Source: Octopus vulgaris (lineage: Eukaryota). From it: a stretch of 64,000 nt of DNA. Within the stretch, counting starts at the first letter, position 1, and each line of letters starts with the position of its first letter. This document shows, in pieces, positions 1-12,174 of the stretch. The notes beneath the pieces were generated by a model. It was not told the origin of the DNA, did not search any database, and saw nothing but the letters and a program-made list of their open reading frames with translations. The translations under genes and the position numbers were made by a program. The DNA lies in the NCBI GenBank assembly GCA_951406725.2, contig OX597834.1, forward strand, positions 37,696,001 through 37,760,000. Direction: 5' to 3'.

Positions 1-787
1 CGCGAACACGCGTATATACGCTTGCCACACCCTTACACATCATGTACCACACATACACGCGCACACAGACGCAAACATAAACAGACAATGTACACTACAT
101 ACACACACACATACATACATACACACACACACACGCACATAAGTCTGTGTGTCATACATCACGCTGTCATACACAAAGACACACCATACACCAATATACC
201 ACGAGGCCAACAGTTACACATACGCAGACATACACACTCGTATATAGACATATATATATATATATATACATACATATATACATACGCACACTTAGAACCA
301 CATGTTTATACATACACACACACACACACGCACACACACACACTCACATATATACATGCATGCATATACGTACATTCATACATACACATACAAAAACACA
401 CACGCACATATATATATATACATAAACTCACAAACACATGTATATAAATATATATATGTATATATATATATACATTCATACCAACATACAGACACATGTA
501 ATCATTCACACATATTCATACATTCATACAAGCACGTATGTATACATACACACAAGCATATACAAACGTTCATACCAACACATGAAATCACACACACGTA
601 ACCACATTCATACAAACATATACATACATTCATACCAACACACCTATACATAACTACACGCATACCCATTCATTCATATATATTATATATATGTAGACAC
701 TAGCAAAACTGTATATATATACATACATAAGCACGCACTCAAGAGCCATACGTGCATACATACATCTAAATGTACACAATCACAAAG

Positions 788-836
<49 letters not shown>

Positions 837-860
837 GCGCGCACAGAGACAAACATATAT
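1..860. repeat. Compound (CA)n/(TA)n/(CATA)n microsatellite field
   Basis: Direct inspection; produces the H/T/Y/I-rich spurious ORFs. Confidence 0.95.
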
Positions 861-923
861 TCAAGTCTCTGTATATAACTCGAGTACAGTGTACATGTAA
901 AGTTGAAAGACAGAGCAAAAAAT

Positions 924-970
924 TAATAATAATAATAATAATAATGATGATGATAATAATAATAATAATG

Positions 971-1002
<32 letters not shown>

Positions 1003-1099
1003 GATAATAATAATAATAATAATAACAATAATGATAATAATGATGAGGATAATGATAATAATAATAATAATAATAATGATAATAATAATAATAATAAAA

Positions 1100-1137
<38 letters not shown>

Positions 1138-1219
1138 TAATGATAATAATAATGATAATAATAATGAGGATAATGATAATAATGATGATGATAATAATAA
1201 TAATAATAATAATAATAAT
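924..1219. repeat. (AAT)n/(GAT)n trinucleotide microsatellite
   Basis: About 300 bp of aat/gat repeats. Confidence 0.97.
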
Positions 1220-1609
1220 CGATTATAATAGTAATTAAGATATTACGGATAATAAATATATTGGCCACAAGGGAGCGATATATAACTAGAAATAGATATA
1301 AATATAAATTATTAGCCGCAAGGGCACCAGATAAAATGAAAGGGAGCACTTTTTGACTAAGTAGGATAAGAGTAGGGCTTTGTACGGTGATGATGTTGGT
1401 GGTGGTGGTGATGATGATGATGACGACGTTCAAAGGGGGATGTGTTCTTTATTAGCCACAAGGGGCCACTCAAACAAGTGTGTGTGTATGCGTGTGTGTG
1501 TGTGTGTGTAAAATCAAAGAGTAACCATGTGAATTCAGCCATCGAAGTTGGTACAGAATCCTCGTTTCGAACGTACTCTGAGTTACACTCACACGCCGAT
1601 ATGAAAATG

Positions 1610-2301
1610 TACACACACACACACACACACACACACTCGTAAATATATCCTTACGCATACACACTTAATTGTGCATATGAACGTGTGTGTGTGTGTGTAT
1701 GTATATGTGAATGAATACATGTTTGTATTTGTTGTTACGAATGTATATATATATATACATATGTGTGTGTTTGTATGTGTAGGTATGAATGTATATGTAC
1801 GTATGTGCATATGTATATGTGTATAAGTGTGTGTGTGAGTGTGTGTATTCATACACAGGCATTTGTATAGATATATACATACACATACACACACAGGGCC
1901 ATATTAGTCATATACAGACACACAAATATGTGTATATGCACACGCATATACACACATACCTACACACTTATACTACATACATCTACACGCATAGCCACAC
2001 ACATACACACACGCGCACACACACACAAAAACATACATAAACATATACACATACATGTATACACACACGCACACATGAACATATACACACGTACACACAT
2101 ACCCATACACCTATATAAACATACTCGCGCGCGCACACACACATATATATACACAAATACCCACACACACAAACACACCCGCACATATATACATTATTTA
2201 TCTATCTATCTATATATATATATACTTTAAAGCATATTACTCTACCACTGGTATTTGAGTACTCTTTTTTCCACCTTGTTTCATATTTATGTGTTTACTC
2301 C

Positions 2302-2342
<41 letters not shown>

Positions 2343-3100
2343 TAATATATAATATAAAACACACGCAACGCGCATATTTACACACACGCACGTATATACA
2401 TATACAAGCTCACACACAAACACACACACAAATATATATATATATGAGTGCATGTGTGTATATATATATATGTGTGTGTGTGTGTATATATATATATATG
2501 TGTGTATGTGTTTGTATTTATATATATATGTGTGTGTGTGTTTGTATTTATATATATATATGTGTGTGTGTGTTTGTATTTATATATATATATGTGTGTG
2601 TGTGTTTGTATTTATATATATATATGTGTGTGTGTGTATGTATTTATATATATATGTGTGTGTGTTTGTATTTATATATATATATATGTGTGTGTTTGTA
2701 TTTATATATATATATATGTGTGTGCGTTTGTATTTTTATATATATATATATATGTGTGTGTGTGTTTGTATTTATATATATATATGTGTGTGTTTGTATT
2801 TATATATATATGTATGTACCACATGATAATAATATATGTGAAGATCAGAAAATAATAGAAATTTGTCAAAAAGCAGCAAATTTGAAAAGAAATACGTTCT
2901 GTCCACTTACAGGTTTGCTGTTTGTAAATCCATCACAATGTGTCAGCGAATACGTGTGTATATATATATATATATATATAAATATATACATATATGTATC
3001 TGTATACATATATATATGTGTGTGTATGTATGTGTATATATGTGTGTATGTATGTGTATGTGCGTGTGTGTATGTATGTGTATGTGTGTGTGTGTGTGTG
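1610..3100. repeat. Compound (CA)/(TG)/(TA) microsatellite field with a higher-order unit (TG)n-tttgtattta-(TA)n at about 2490-2810
   Basis: The spacer tttgtattta recurs about ten times between TG and TA runs. Confidence 0.9.
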
Positions 3101-3164
3101 GTAGTACTTGGCTGGTTGATGTCCGGTTTGACTCGTCAATTCGACATCACTGTCTTACAATAAC

Positions 3165-3509
3165 ATTATCATCATCATCGCCACGATCGGCGGTATCATC
3201 GTCATCGTCGTCATCATCATCATCCTCGTCATCGCCATGATGGTCTTCGTCGTCATCGCTGTCATCGTCGTCGTCGTCTTCATCGTCGTCGTCGTCGTCG
3301 TCGTCGTCATCATCTTCATCGCCGTCATCAGTCTTACCAATAACATTGTCATCTCCGGCGTCTTCACCGGATTGGTTTTGCCCTTCTTTGCTGCTGTCAT
3401 CATCATCATCACCATCATCATCACCATCATCATCATCATCATCATTATCGTCGTCGTCGTCGTCGTCAGCGGCAACAGTAGCCGCAGCAGCAGAAGCAGC
3501 AGCAGCAGC

Positions 3510-3540
<31 letters not shown>

Positions 3541-3845
3541 CCACCACAATCACTAGCAACAACAACTACTACTACAACAACAACAAAAGCAACAGCAGCG
3601 GCAGCAGCAGGAGTAGTAGGCAGCGGTAAGAGGTGATAGAAAGGAGTATTAGTAGTAGTAGTAGTAGTAGTAGTAGAAGCAGCGGCAGCAGCAACAGCAC
3701 CAGCAGCAGCAACCACGGCAGCAGCAGCAGCTATGGTGATGCTGGCAGATACTGGGAATAAGGGAGACAGCAGCAGCAACAACAACAGCAGCAGTGGCGG
3801 CAGCAATAAGCAGGAACGGTGGCGGTGGCAGTAGTAGTAGTAGTG

Positions 3846-3879
<34 letters not shown>

Positions 3880-3920
3880 GTGCAACAACTGCAACAAGAA
3901 GAACAACAACGACCACAACC
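3165..3920. repeat. Mixed trinucleotide low-complexity block (TCA/TCG, GCA, CCA, ACA, GTA)
   Basis: Consecutive runs of different trinucleotides. Confidence 0.9.
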
Positions 3921-4026
3921 GATGTTTTGTAAGGTTTTATAATTTTTTCGAAATGAAAATTGATGACTGAAGTAAATAAACGGGAATCAGAAGGAATCAA
4001 TGAAAATATACACACACACACGTATG

Positions 4027-4060
<34 letters not shown>

Positions 4061-4186
4061 TATATATATATACATATACACACATATATATATATGCAAA
4101 CATGCGTACATTTGCGCGTACATAATATACACACGCTAGCAGACACACGCACGTGTATACATGCGCACACACAAACGTGTGTGTAT

Positions 4187-4231
<45 letters not shown>

Positions 4232-4239
4232 TATATGTA

Positions 4240-4380
4240 AGGCGCAAGAGTCACTGTGTGGAAAAAAATGGTTTGCTTACCAACCACATGGTTCCAGGTT
4301 CAGTCCCACTGCGTGACACCTTGGGCAAAGCCTTGTGAGTGGATTCGGTAGACGGAAACTGAAAGAAGCGCGTCGTATAT
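4240..4380 (+). mobile_element. tRNA-derived SINE family B (CORE-like), internally deleted
   Basis: ggcgcaagag...gcttaccaaccacatggttccaggttcagtcccactgcgtgacaccttgggcaa matches the copies at 6714, 9980 and 34700. Confidence 0.85.
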
Positions 4381-4690
4381 TTTTATATATGTGCGTGTGT
4401 GTGTATGTATGTATACATACATATACAGATATGCATGTATGTATGTGTATGTATATACACACACACACATATATATGTATATATATATATATGCATGTAT
4501 GTATATATATATATTGTACTTATATGTGTATATGTTACCGGTATATTCACAGCAGCAGCACAAGCCGGTTTTGCCTCTTCCCTCTTAAATCGTTGCAATT
4601 TTTGGAGTTAACTACAATGTTTGTTCTTGATTTTGTCTGGCAAGTTGTTGTTGTTATTATTATTATTATTAATATTATTATTATTTGATA

Positions 4691-5500
4691 CGGCGAGCTG
4701 GCAGAAACGTTCGCACGCCGGGCGAAATGCTTAGCGGTATTTCGTCTGCCGTTACGTTCTGAGTTCAGATTCCGCCGAGGTCAACTTCGCCTTTAATCCT
4801 TTCGGGGTCGATAAATTAAGTACCAGTTACGCACTGGGGTCGATATAATCGACTGAATCCGTTTGTCTGTCCTTGTTTGTCCCCTATGTCTTTAGCCTCT
4901 TGTGGGTAGTAAAGAAATAGGTATTCCGTCTGCCGCTACGTTCTGAGTTCAAATTCCACCGAGGTCAACTTTGCCTTTCATCCTTTCGGGGTCGATTAAA
5001 TAAGTACCAGTTACGCACTGGGGTCGATATATTCGACTTAATGCGTTTGTCTGTCCTTGTTTGTCCTCTCTGTGTTTAGCCCCTTGTGGGTAGTAAAGAA
5101 GTAGAAATAGGTATTCTGTCTGCCGCTACGTTCTGAGTTCAAATTCCACCGAGGTCAACTTTGCCTTTCATCCTGTTAGAGTCGATAAATTAAGTACCAG
5201 TTAAGTACTGGGTTCAATGTAATCGACTTAGTCTCTCCCGCCAAAGACGCCGGCCTTGTGCTAGAATTTGAAATCAATATCATTACTAAGGCAATGAGCT
5301 GGCAGAACTGTTAGCATACATGGCAAAATGCTTAGCGTCCGTCTTTACGCTCTGAGTTCAAATTCCACCGAGGTCAACTTTGCCTTTCATACTTTCGGGG
5401 ACGATAAAATCAGTACCAGCTGAGTACTGGAAGAGACTTAATTGACTAACGCCCTCCCACAAAATTTCATACCAGGTGCTTAAAGTAGAAGGGATTATTA
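4691..5500 (+). mobile_element. SINE family A: one copy with a tandemly triplicated body, plus an adjacent second copy
   Basis: Head ggcgagctggcagaaacgtt; B-box-like gagttcaaattcc; body gcctttcatcctttcggggtcgataaattaagtaccag repeated at about 4790, 4975, 5165 and 5380. Confidence 0.9.
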
Positions 5501-6620
5501 TTATTTCTCTCTTGTATTGTTATCACTGCTTTAACACCTGACCAATTACTGACGCTACACTTGGGTAAAGTAGCAGGTCCTACTTGGCGTTATAGACCCA
5601 GCTTATCCTTTTTTATTTATATATTTGTCCAGCCATTTACCTTACAACGATGTATCCTTAATCAACCCTCTTAACTACCCAATATCCATTCCTTTTTCTG
5701 TCCGTCTTCACCCATTACAACAACCTTATGGGTTATCCACAACAGGATACGAGACGTTTTGGCACATCCGTTGTGACGCCGCCCCTTTGGAGCCGCTGAC
5801 TCGACGCTGACTTTTTTGATACCAAGCGTTTTAATGTTTCTCCGTTCTCTCTCTCTCTCTCTTCTTCTTTCCTCTCTCTATCTCTTTCAGTGGACATGTT
5901 TCTCTGTGTATGAAGAGAAGGAAAGTGCTTTTGTCAATCGCTTTTAATTAATACATTGTAATATATTTTTAAATAATATATTGTAAAGTCGCCTCTATCA
6001 CTCTTTCCAAGTGTTTTTAGTGTGACAATGAGGATCTGATCAAAGACTTTGCCCTTAAAAAAAAATAGGAGGAAACGTTTCAGATATCAACAAAGTGGAA
6101 TTATACAAAAATAAACACTATTTTATGTCTTATAGTTCGTGTTCTTTCTTTTCCATTTAAAAAAATAAAAATATTTTATTGTTTATTATCGTTTATATTT
6201 TGAGTTACATATATATAGGAGGCGGACCAAAATCTTTTTTGTGCTTATGGGCCTTTATGGGTCTTAATACCGTCTCGTTGCAATGCCATGACATATTCTC
6301 GCCCCAAACGGGTGAGGTGTCCAGCCAGCCAAACAGCTGCGCCTGTTTCTCTCATTCCGGTCACAAGACGCTTATACAAAATCGGCTCCGATAGAATTCG
6401 TTTACCTTGCATCGTTTCACTTGATTTGTTAATAATAGTCAATAAAATCTTCCTCAACCTTCACACCACTTTTTAAATAACAGGATGTCTCGCAGTGTGA
6501 TCTCCAGCATACAGCCGAAAAGAATTCATGGTCACATGGTGGAATGCATTCAATTATAGGCTTGTATGGATAGCCAGGCTGGAACCTTTTAGTAATATAT
6601 GCAAAAATATTAACAGTGAA

Positions 6621-6702
6621 GTCGTCGAGGCCGAGTGGTTAAGGCGATGGACTAGAAATCCATTAGGGTCTCCCCGCATAGGTTCGAATCCTATCGGCGA
6701 CC
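6621..6702 (+). tRNA. tRNA-Ser(AGA), possibly a pseudogene or variant
   Basis: Cloverleaf: acceptor GTCGTCG/CGGCGAC; D arm GCCGAGTGGTTAAGGC; anticodon arm ATGGA-CTAGAAA-TCCAT (AGA at 6654-6656); long variable arm; T arm ATAGG-TTCGAAT-CCTAT; TTTTT at 6709-6713. Deviations are A at position 8 and a C discriminator. Confidence 0.88.
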
Positions 6703-6708
6703 TGTAAG

Positions 6709-6713
6709 TTTTT
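6709..6713 (+). terminator. Pol III terminator (T5) of the tRNA-Ser
   Basis: TTTTT begins 7 nt after the tRNA 3' end. Confidence 0.6.
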
Positions 6714-7030
6714 AGGCGTAAGAGTGGTTGAGCGGTAAGTAGCTTGCTTACCAACCACATGGTTCCGGGTTCAGTCCCACTGCGTGGCATCTTGGGCAAG
6801 TGTCTTCTACTATAGCCTCGGGCCCACCAAAGCCTTGTGAGGGGATTTGGTAAACGGAAACTGAAAGAAGCCCATCGTATATATGTATGTATATATCTGT
6901 GTGTGTGTGTGTGTGTGTGGTGTGTTTGTATACGTTTGTGTGTCTGTGTTTGTCCTCCTAACATCGCTTGACAACCGATGCTGGTGTGTTTACGTCCCCG
7001 TAACGTAGCAGTTCGGCAAAAGAGAACCCT
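6714..7030 (+). mobile_element. SINE family B (CORE-like)
   Basis: A/B-box-like head, core tcttgggcaagtgtcttctactatagcc, internal (TG)n. Confidence 0.9.
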
Positions 7031-7375
7031 TCTTCGGTCATTAATGACCATATGATTGCACCTAGAAAGTTATCCTCCGAAGTACAAGTCCGGGTAAGGC
7101 TGTTTATGGAAGGCCAGCAGTCGCCCATGCATACCAGCCTCCACTCTCTACGCCACTGATGTTATCCAAGAGAAAGGCAAAGGGGCTGAGACAGCTAGGG
7201 ACCAGTGATGTTGCAACTCATTTCTACAGCTGAGTGAACTGGAGCAACGTGAAATAAAGTGTCTTGCTCAAGAACACAACATGAAACCCGGTCTGGGAAT
7301 CGAACTCACAACCTTACGATCGTAAGCTCGACGCTCTAACCATTGAGAAATTCGCCATTGAGAAATGCGCCTTCA
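7031..7375 (-). mobile_element. SINE family C (V-domain-like)
   Basis: Reverse complement of tgtgttcttgagcaagacactttatttcacgttgctccag; same family as 17473, 35657 and 37914. Confidence 0.8.
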
Positions 7376-8078
7376 TTTCAAACGGCTATACTACATATTT
7401 TTTCCCTGTGTCTGTCTGTCTGTGTGTCTGTTGTCTTAGTTTTTCAGTTACTTAAATACTTGCTATAAGGAAGGAATTGGTTTTCCAACAAAGAAGCAAA
7501 GTTCTAACATTCGGATTTTTAAGTGACTGCAACAGTGAAAATGTTACATTTTGAACTTTAGAAAACTCTAACATATTTTTCACACCATTCCGATTTACAG
7601 ATCGTATTTGCAAAAAAAAACAAACAAAAAAAACGAAAGAAATGCGGGTTAACTGGTCGCTTTATGCAGAAACCATGGCTTTTCTGCATTGTCACAGACA
7701 TATACTAGCATAAACAATTGCACCAATAATTATCGGAATAAATGTAAATTTATAACGTGTAAGCTTCAAAACTGTGATCGGTAACTTGTAAAGGTTATCT
7801 TTACAAATTTTCTATAGAAATTATAGTCTGCATTGATTTTGTTACGACGGTTCGTATCCGAGACGCCTGATGTAAACAACAACGAAATCGAAGATGAAAA
7901 ATGGGTAATGAGTGTATGCGCCATATTTCAGGAGTTTTTGCTCCTTCGTCAGCAGCCATTCAACCCATTAATCATCCACGAACTCCTTACTTAAATCGCC
8001 ACTTAATATAGCGGTGTAACGTTAATGGATATATCAATTTCACACATTAAGCACATTCCTGGAAGGTGGTACGTAAAT

Positions 8079-8353
8079 ATTAATGACTTAAGGGGCATTT
8101 CGTTATGCAACCATAATACAGTCCAAAGTATACTAAACGTTTTTATAAGTCAATAACCGTGTTCTACTGTGTTAGCAGTGCTATTACATCATTTGTTAAG
8201 GTTATCTTAAATCTGTAGGGATAAACGTAACAAGTGACGTAGTAGCACTGCTAAGACAGTAGAACACGGTTGTTGACTTATAAAAATGTTTAGTATACTT
8301 TGTACTATATCATGGTTGAATAACGACATACCGTGTCCCTACAAGTCATTAAT
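8079..8353. repeat. Foldback inverted repeat with arms of about 120 bp
   Basis: caaagtatactaaacgtttttataagtcaataaccgtgttctactgt pairs with acagtagaacacggttgttgacttataaaaatgtttagtatactttg. Confidence 0.9.
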
Positions 8354-8506
8354 AAATGATTGGTAAATATTCTCTTTCTCAGTTGATTTTGGAATAGCGA
8401 GTCACTTTATGTGATGACCTTCACTTTTCCAGATTGTCACGTAGACATTTACTAACATAGTCAAGTACCGCTAATAATTAAATAACAATATAAATGTTAA
8501 TTTAAA

Positions 8507-9255
8507 GGCGCAGATGTGGCTGTGTGGTAAGAAGTTTGCTTCTCATCCACAATGGTTCCGGGTTCAGTCCCACTGCGTGGAAACTCGAGCAAGTGTCGTC
8601 TACTGTAGTTCCGGGACGACTAAAGCCTTGTGAGGGGATTTGGTAGATGGAAACTGAAAGAAGCCCGTAGTAGATATGTATGTGGGGGGTTCCTATCATC
8701 GCTTGACAAATGGTGTCGATGTGTTTACGTCTCTGTAGCCTTAACGGTTCTGCAAAAGATACTGATAGAATGAGTACCAGGCTTTAAAAGTACTGGGATC
8801 GGCTCCTTCGACTAAAATTCTTCAAAGCGGTGCCCCAGCATGACCGTAGTCTGTTGGCCGCGTGGTTAAAAGCTCTCTTTACCAACCATGTAGTTTCGAA
8901 TTCGATTCTACTGCTCGGCCACTGGTGGAGCAAGTGTCTTTTACTGTAGCTAACCGGATCAACCACTGCCTTGGAAGAGAATTTGGTTCATGGAAACTTT
9001 ATGGAATCCTGTTGTATGTATATCTATGTGTGTCTGAGTTTGCGTTTGCCAACCCTGCCTCGCAGGCGTTGCCTTTTTATTATTATTACGACCACGTGAC
9101 CTTGTTGCTTGGCTGACCTTGTTGCTTGGCTGATAGAGACTGACAGAATAAGTATAAGAATTAAAAATAAATATTGGAAGTCGATTTGTTGGATGAAAAT
9201 CCATCAAGATGGGGCTCCAGTATGGCCGCAGTTTAACGATAGAAACAAGTAAAAA
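8507..9255 (+). mobile_element. Two tandem or nested SINE family B copies
   Basis: Heads at about 8507 and 8855; shared tail gcggtgccccagcatggccgcagt. Confidence 0.8.
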
Positions 9256-9259
9256 TGAA

Positions 9260-9960
9260 TAGACGTAACAAAAGACAGTTTTCGTTTAATAGCTGAATGC
9301 AGATTTCGTGAAACAAACCCTCGACAAGTTTAAGTAAATTATTTTGATTTTATTAATATTTTACTTCAGATCGAATTGAGGAAAAATGAGGATCAATCAT
9401 TGTTGAGAAAAAATACGGAAAAAAATGTTATGGAATCATTTTGTAATTTGCATTTTTAAAACAAATGCCAATTTAAGTCGAAACTTGCAAATTAGTCTGC
9501 GCTTAAAAGAGAGAGCTTGCTGATTTCAAGGAGTTATTGAACGTGTCTAAATGAAAAGAAGCACGGAGAATTGTTAAATGAGACAAAGAGAAGGATCAGA
9601 AAGGTTCTCTCAAAAGGAAATCCAATACGGACTTTGACCAAAAGGAAAATGTTGGCTGCTTCCCGGCAGCTGTGTCTACATACGCTTAAGAAGAAGAAAA
9701 TATGCAACGAAATTAAAAAGAAATTGGTGGAAATCGGAGTCAATGTTTGGGATAAAACTGTAAAAATAAAATCGGGTGAATGAAATAGGATTTACGTAGA
9801 GATGACGCCATTGAAACACAAAAATTAAGGATTGTAATGGGCAAAAAGAAAAAAAAAGTGTGAGGAGTGAATGACTGAAAGTGATATTTAGTGACGAAAC
9901 GTGGATCTGCATTGGCCGAGAAGATAAGTCTAGAACTTTTGATTGGTGCCGTTCTCATTA
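9260..9960 (+). pseudogene. Tc1-like transposase relic, 5' part
   Basis: Decayed frames read EIGVNVWDKTV ... WAK ... KVIFSDETWICIG (first catalytic D at about 9890). Confidence 0.7.
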
Positions 9961-9979
9961 AAAATGATAATAATAATAA

Positions 9980-10564
9980 AAGGAGTGGCTGTGTGGTAAG
10001 TAGCTTGCTAACCAACCACATGGTTCCGGGTTCACTCCCACTGCGTGGCATCTTGGGCAAGTGTCTTCTGCTATAGCCCCGGGCCGACCAATGCCTTGTG
10101 AGTGGATTTGGTAGACGGAAACTGAAAGAAGCCTGTCGTATATATGTATATATATTTATGTACGTGTGTGTGTTTGTGCGTCTATGTTTGTTCCCCTAGC
10201 ATTGCTTGACAACCGATGCTGGTGTGTTTACGCCCCCGTCACTTAGCTGTTCGGCAAAAAGAGACCGACAGAATAAGTACTGGGCTTACAAAAAGAATAA
10301 GTCCCGGGGTCGAGTTGCTCGATTAAAGGCGGTGCTCCAGCATGGCCGCAGTCAAATGACTGAAACAAGTAAAAGAGTAAAGAGTAGGCGCAGGCGTGGT
10401 TGTGTGGTAAGAAGCTTGCTTCTCAATCACATAGTTCCGGGTTCGTTCCTACTGTGAGTCACTTTGAGCAAGTGTCTGTCTTCCACCGCAGCCTCGGATC
10501 GGCCAAATCCTTGTGAATAGATTTGGTAGACGGAAGCTGAAAGAAGTTTACCATGTATATGCAT

Positions 10565-10634
<70 letters not shown>

Positions 10635-11390
10635 GTCCTCCCACCATCGTTTGACAACCGGTGTAAAGTACTGGGATCGGTTCCTTCGACTAAAATTCTT
10701 CAAGGCGGTGCCCCAGCATGGCCGTAGTCTGTTGGCCGCGTGGTTAAAAGCTCGATTTACCAACCATGTAGTTTCGAATTCGATTCTACTGCTCGGCCAC
10801 TGGGGCAAGTGTCTTTTACTGTAGCTAACCGGATCAACCACTGCCTTCGAAGAGAATTTGGTACATGGAAGAGAATTTGGTACAGGTGTGTGTGTGTGTG
10901 TGTGAGTCCTCCCACCATCGTTTGACAACCGGTGTAAAGTACTGGGATCGGTTCCTTCGACTAAAATTCTTCTCTCTTAAACAGTAGAAAGGTTGTCGTC
11001 CTCGTTATTCCTTTGGCACATATTCTCTTATGCCAGTTATGTTGGTTTCTTATTTTGTTAGGGGCGACTGTGCGGCGTTAAAAAGGAGACATTTCTGCCA
11101 CCCTTCCTTACATACGGTCGTATTTCCTACAAACTAGTCAGTGTCTGTGCGTTCGGGTGTGCGACAGAAGTACAAACAAGGTGTATACAGAATACAATAC
11201 AGGTGTTTGTGTGTTTTCGCCCCCGTAGCTTAGCGGTTCAGCAAAAGAAACCAATAGAATAAGGACCCGGCTTAAAATATAAGAAAAGAAGAAAGTGAAT
11301 CCTAAGGTTGATTCATCCGAGTAAAAATCCTTCAAGCTGGTGCTCCAGCATGGCCGCAGTCTCATGACTGAAACATATATGAACAAAAAA
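9980..11390 (+). mobile_element. Stack of SINE family B copies and fragments inside the Tc1 relic
   Basis: Near full-length copy at 9980-10385, further heads at 10387 and about 10735, tail fragment at about 11200-11380. Confidence 0.85.
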
Positions 11391-11399
11391 GGAAAAAAG

Positions 11400-12165
11400 A
11401 GAGAAAAAATGAGCGCCCAGAGAGAAACAAATTTTCCCGCTCGTTCGTAATAAGAAGTTGCATGTCAAGAATCAAGCGATGTGACAATCTTCATCCCAAC
11501 AGGGAACTCAAAGACATTTCGGAGATTTTCTTTTTATTCCCTCGATGGAAAATAGGATTGATGGCGAGGAAGTTATTTTTCAGGTTGACGACGCATCTTG
11601 CCCTCAGGGAAAAAAGAGTATTGTAACATTAACTCCAGGAAACTCATATCAACTTACTGATAACAAACAATCTGGATGTCAGTTCGATTGGAAATTTATG
11701 GTGGAATTGCTTTCGATTTTTTTTTTTTTTTTTTTTTTGGTGTGTGTTTTTGTTTTTAAATGATCTATGACAAAGCTTCCTCCCTGCAGAGCAGATCTAT
11801 CAACCGATTTTCAGAAAGTTGGAACCAGCTTCATAGAGAATATTGTGTTTTCATTGGTAAAATCAATGCCTCAAAGAATTCAGTCCGTCATGAAAACTCA
11901 AGACACAGATAATCTCCCTCCCTACCAACCAGCATGGAATCATTTTTATATTTTCTTTCCCTCGAGCATCGAGCGATTCCATAAATTTTCTTCAACATTA
12001 AGTGCTTCCATAATTTTTGCTTGACTTGACCTGGAGAAAAATGAGCAATTAATTAAAACAATTAGCTTTAATTTATTTCAGGTATGTTTCACAAAGTCTG
12101 AATGTGTTACGCTTTTAAAGCAAAAATTGTTTTGTGTGATATCTATGATTTGTTGGTCGCGAAGT
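11400..12165 (+). pseudogene. Tc1-like transposase relic, 3' part
   Basis: VIFQVDDASC (compare FQxDNAxCH), a decayed IENLW region, and LVKSMPQRIQSVMK (compare LVxSMPxRxxAVI). Confidence 0.7.
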
Positions 12166-12174
12166 AAAGCAAAA

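Noticed and set aside
22-4700. Many long ORFs rich in H/T/Y/I/C/V (for example 2255-3163, 302 aa)
   Set aside because: They are translations of dinucleotide and trinucleotide microsatellites, with no protein-like complexity.
6170-6500. GC-richer segment upstream of the tRNA, possibly a transposase or exon
   Set aside because: I found no recognisable motif in any frame.
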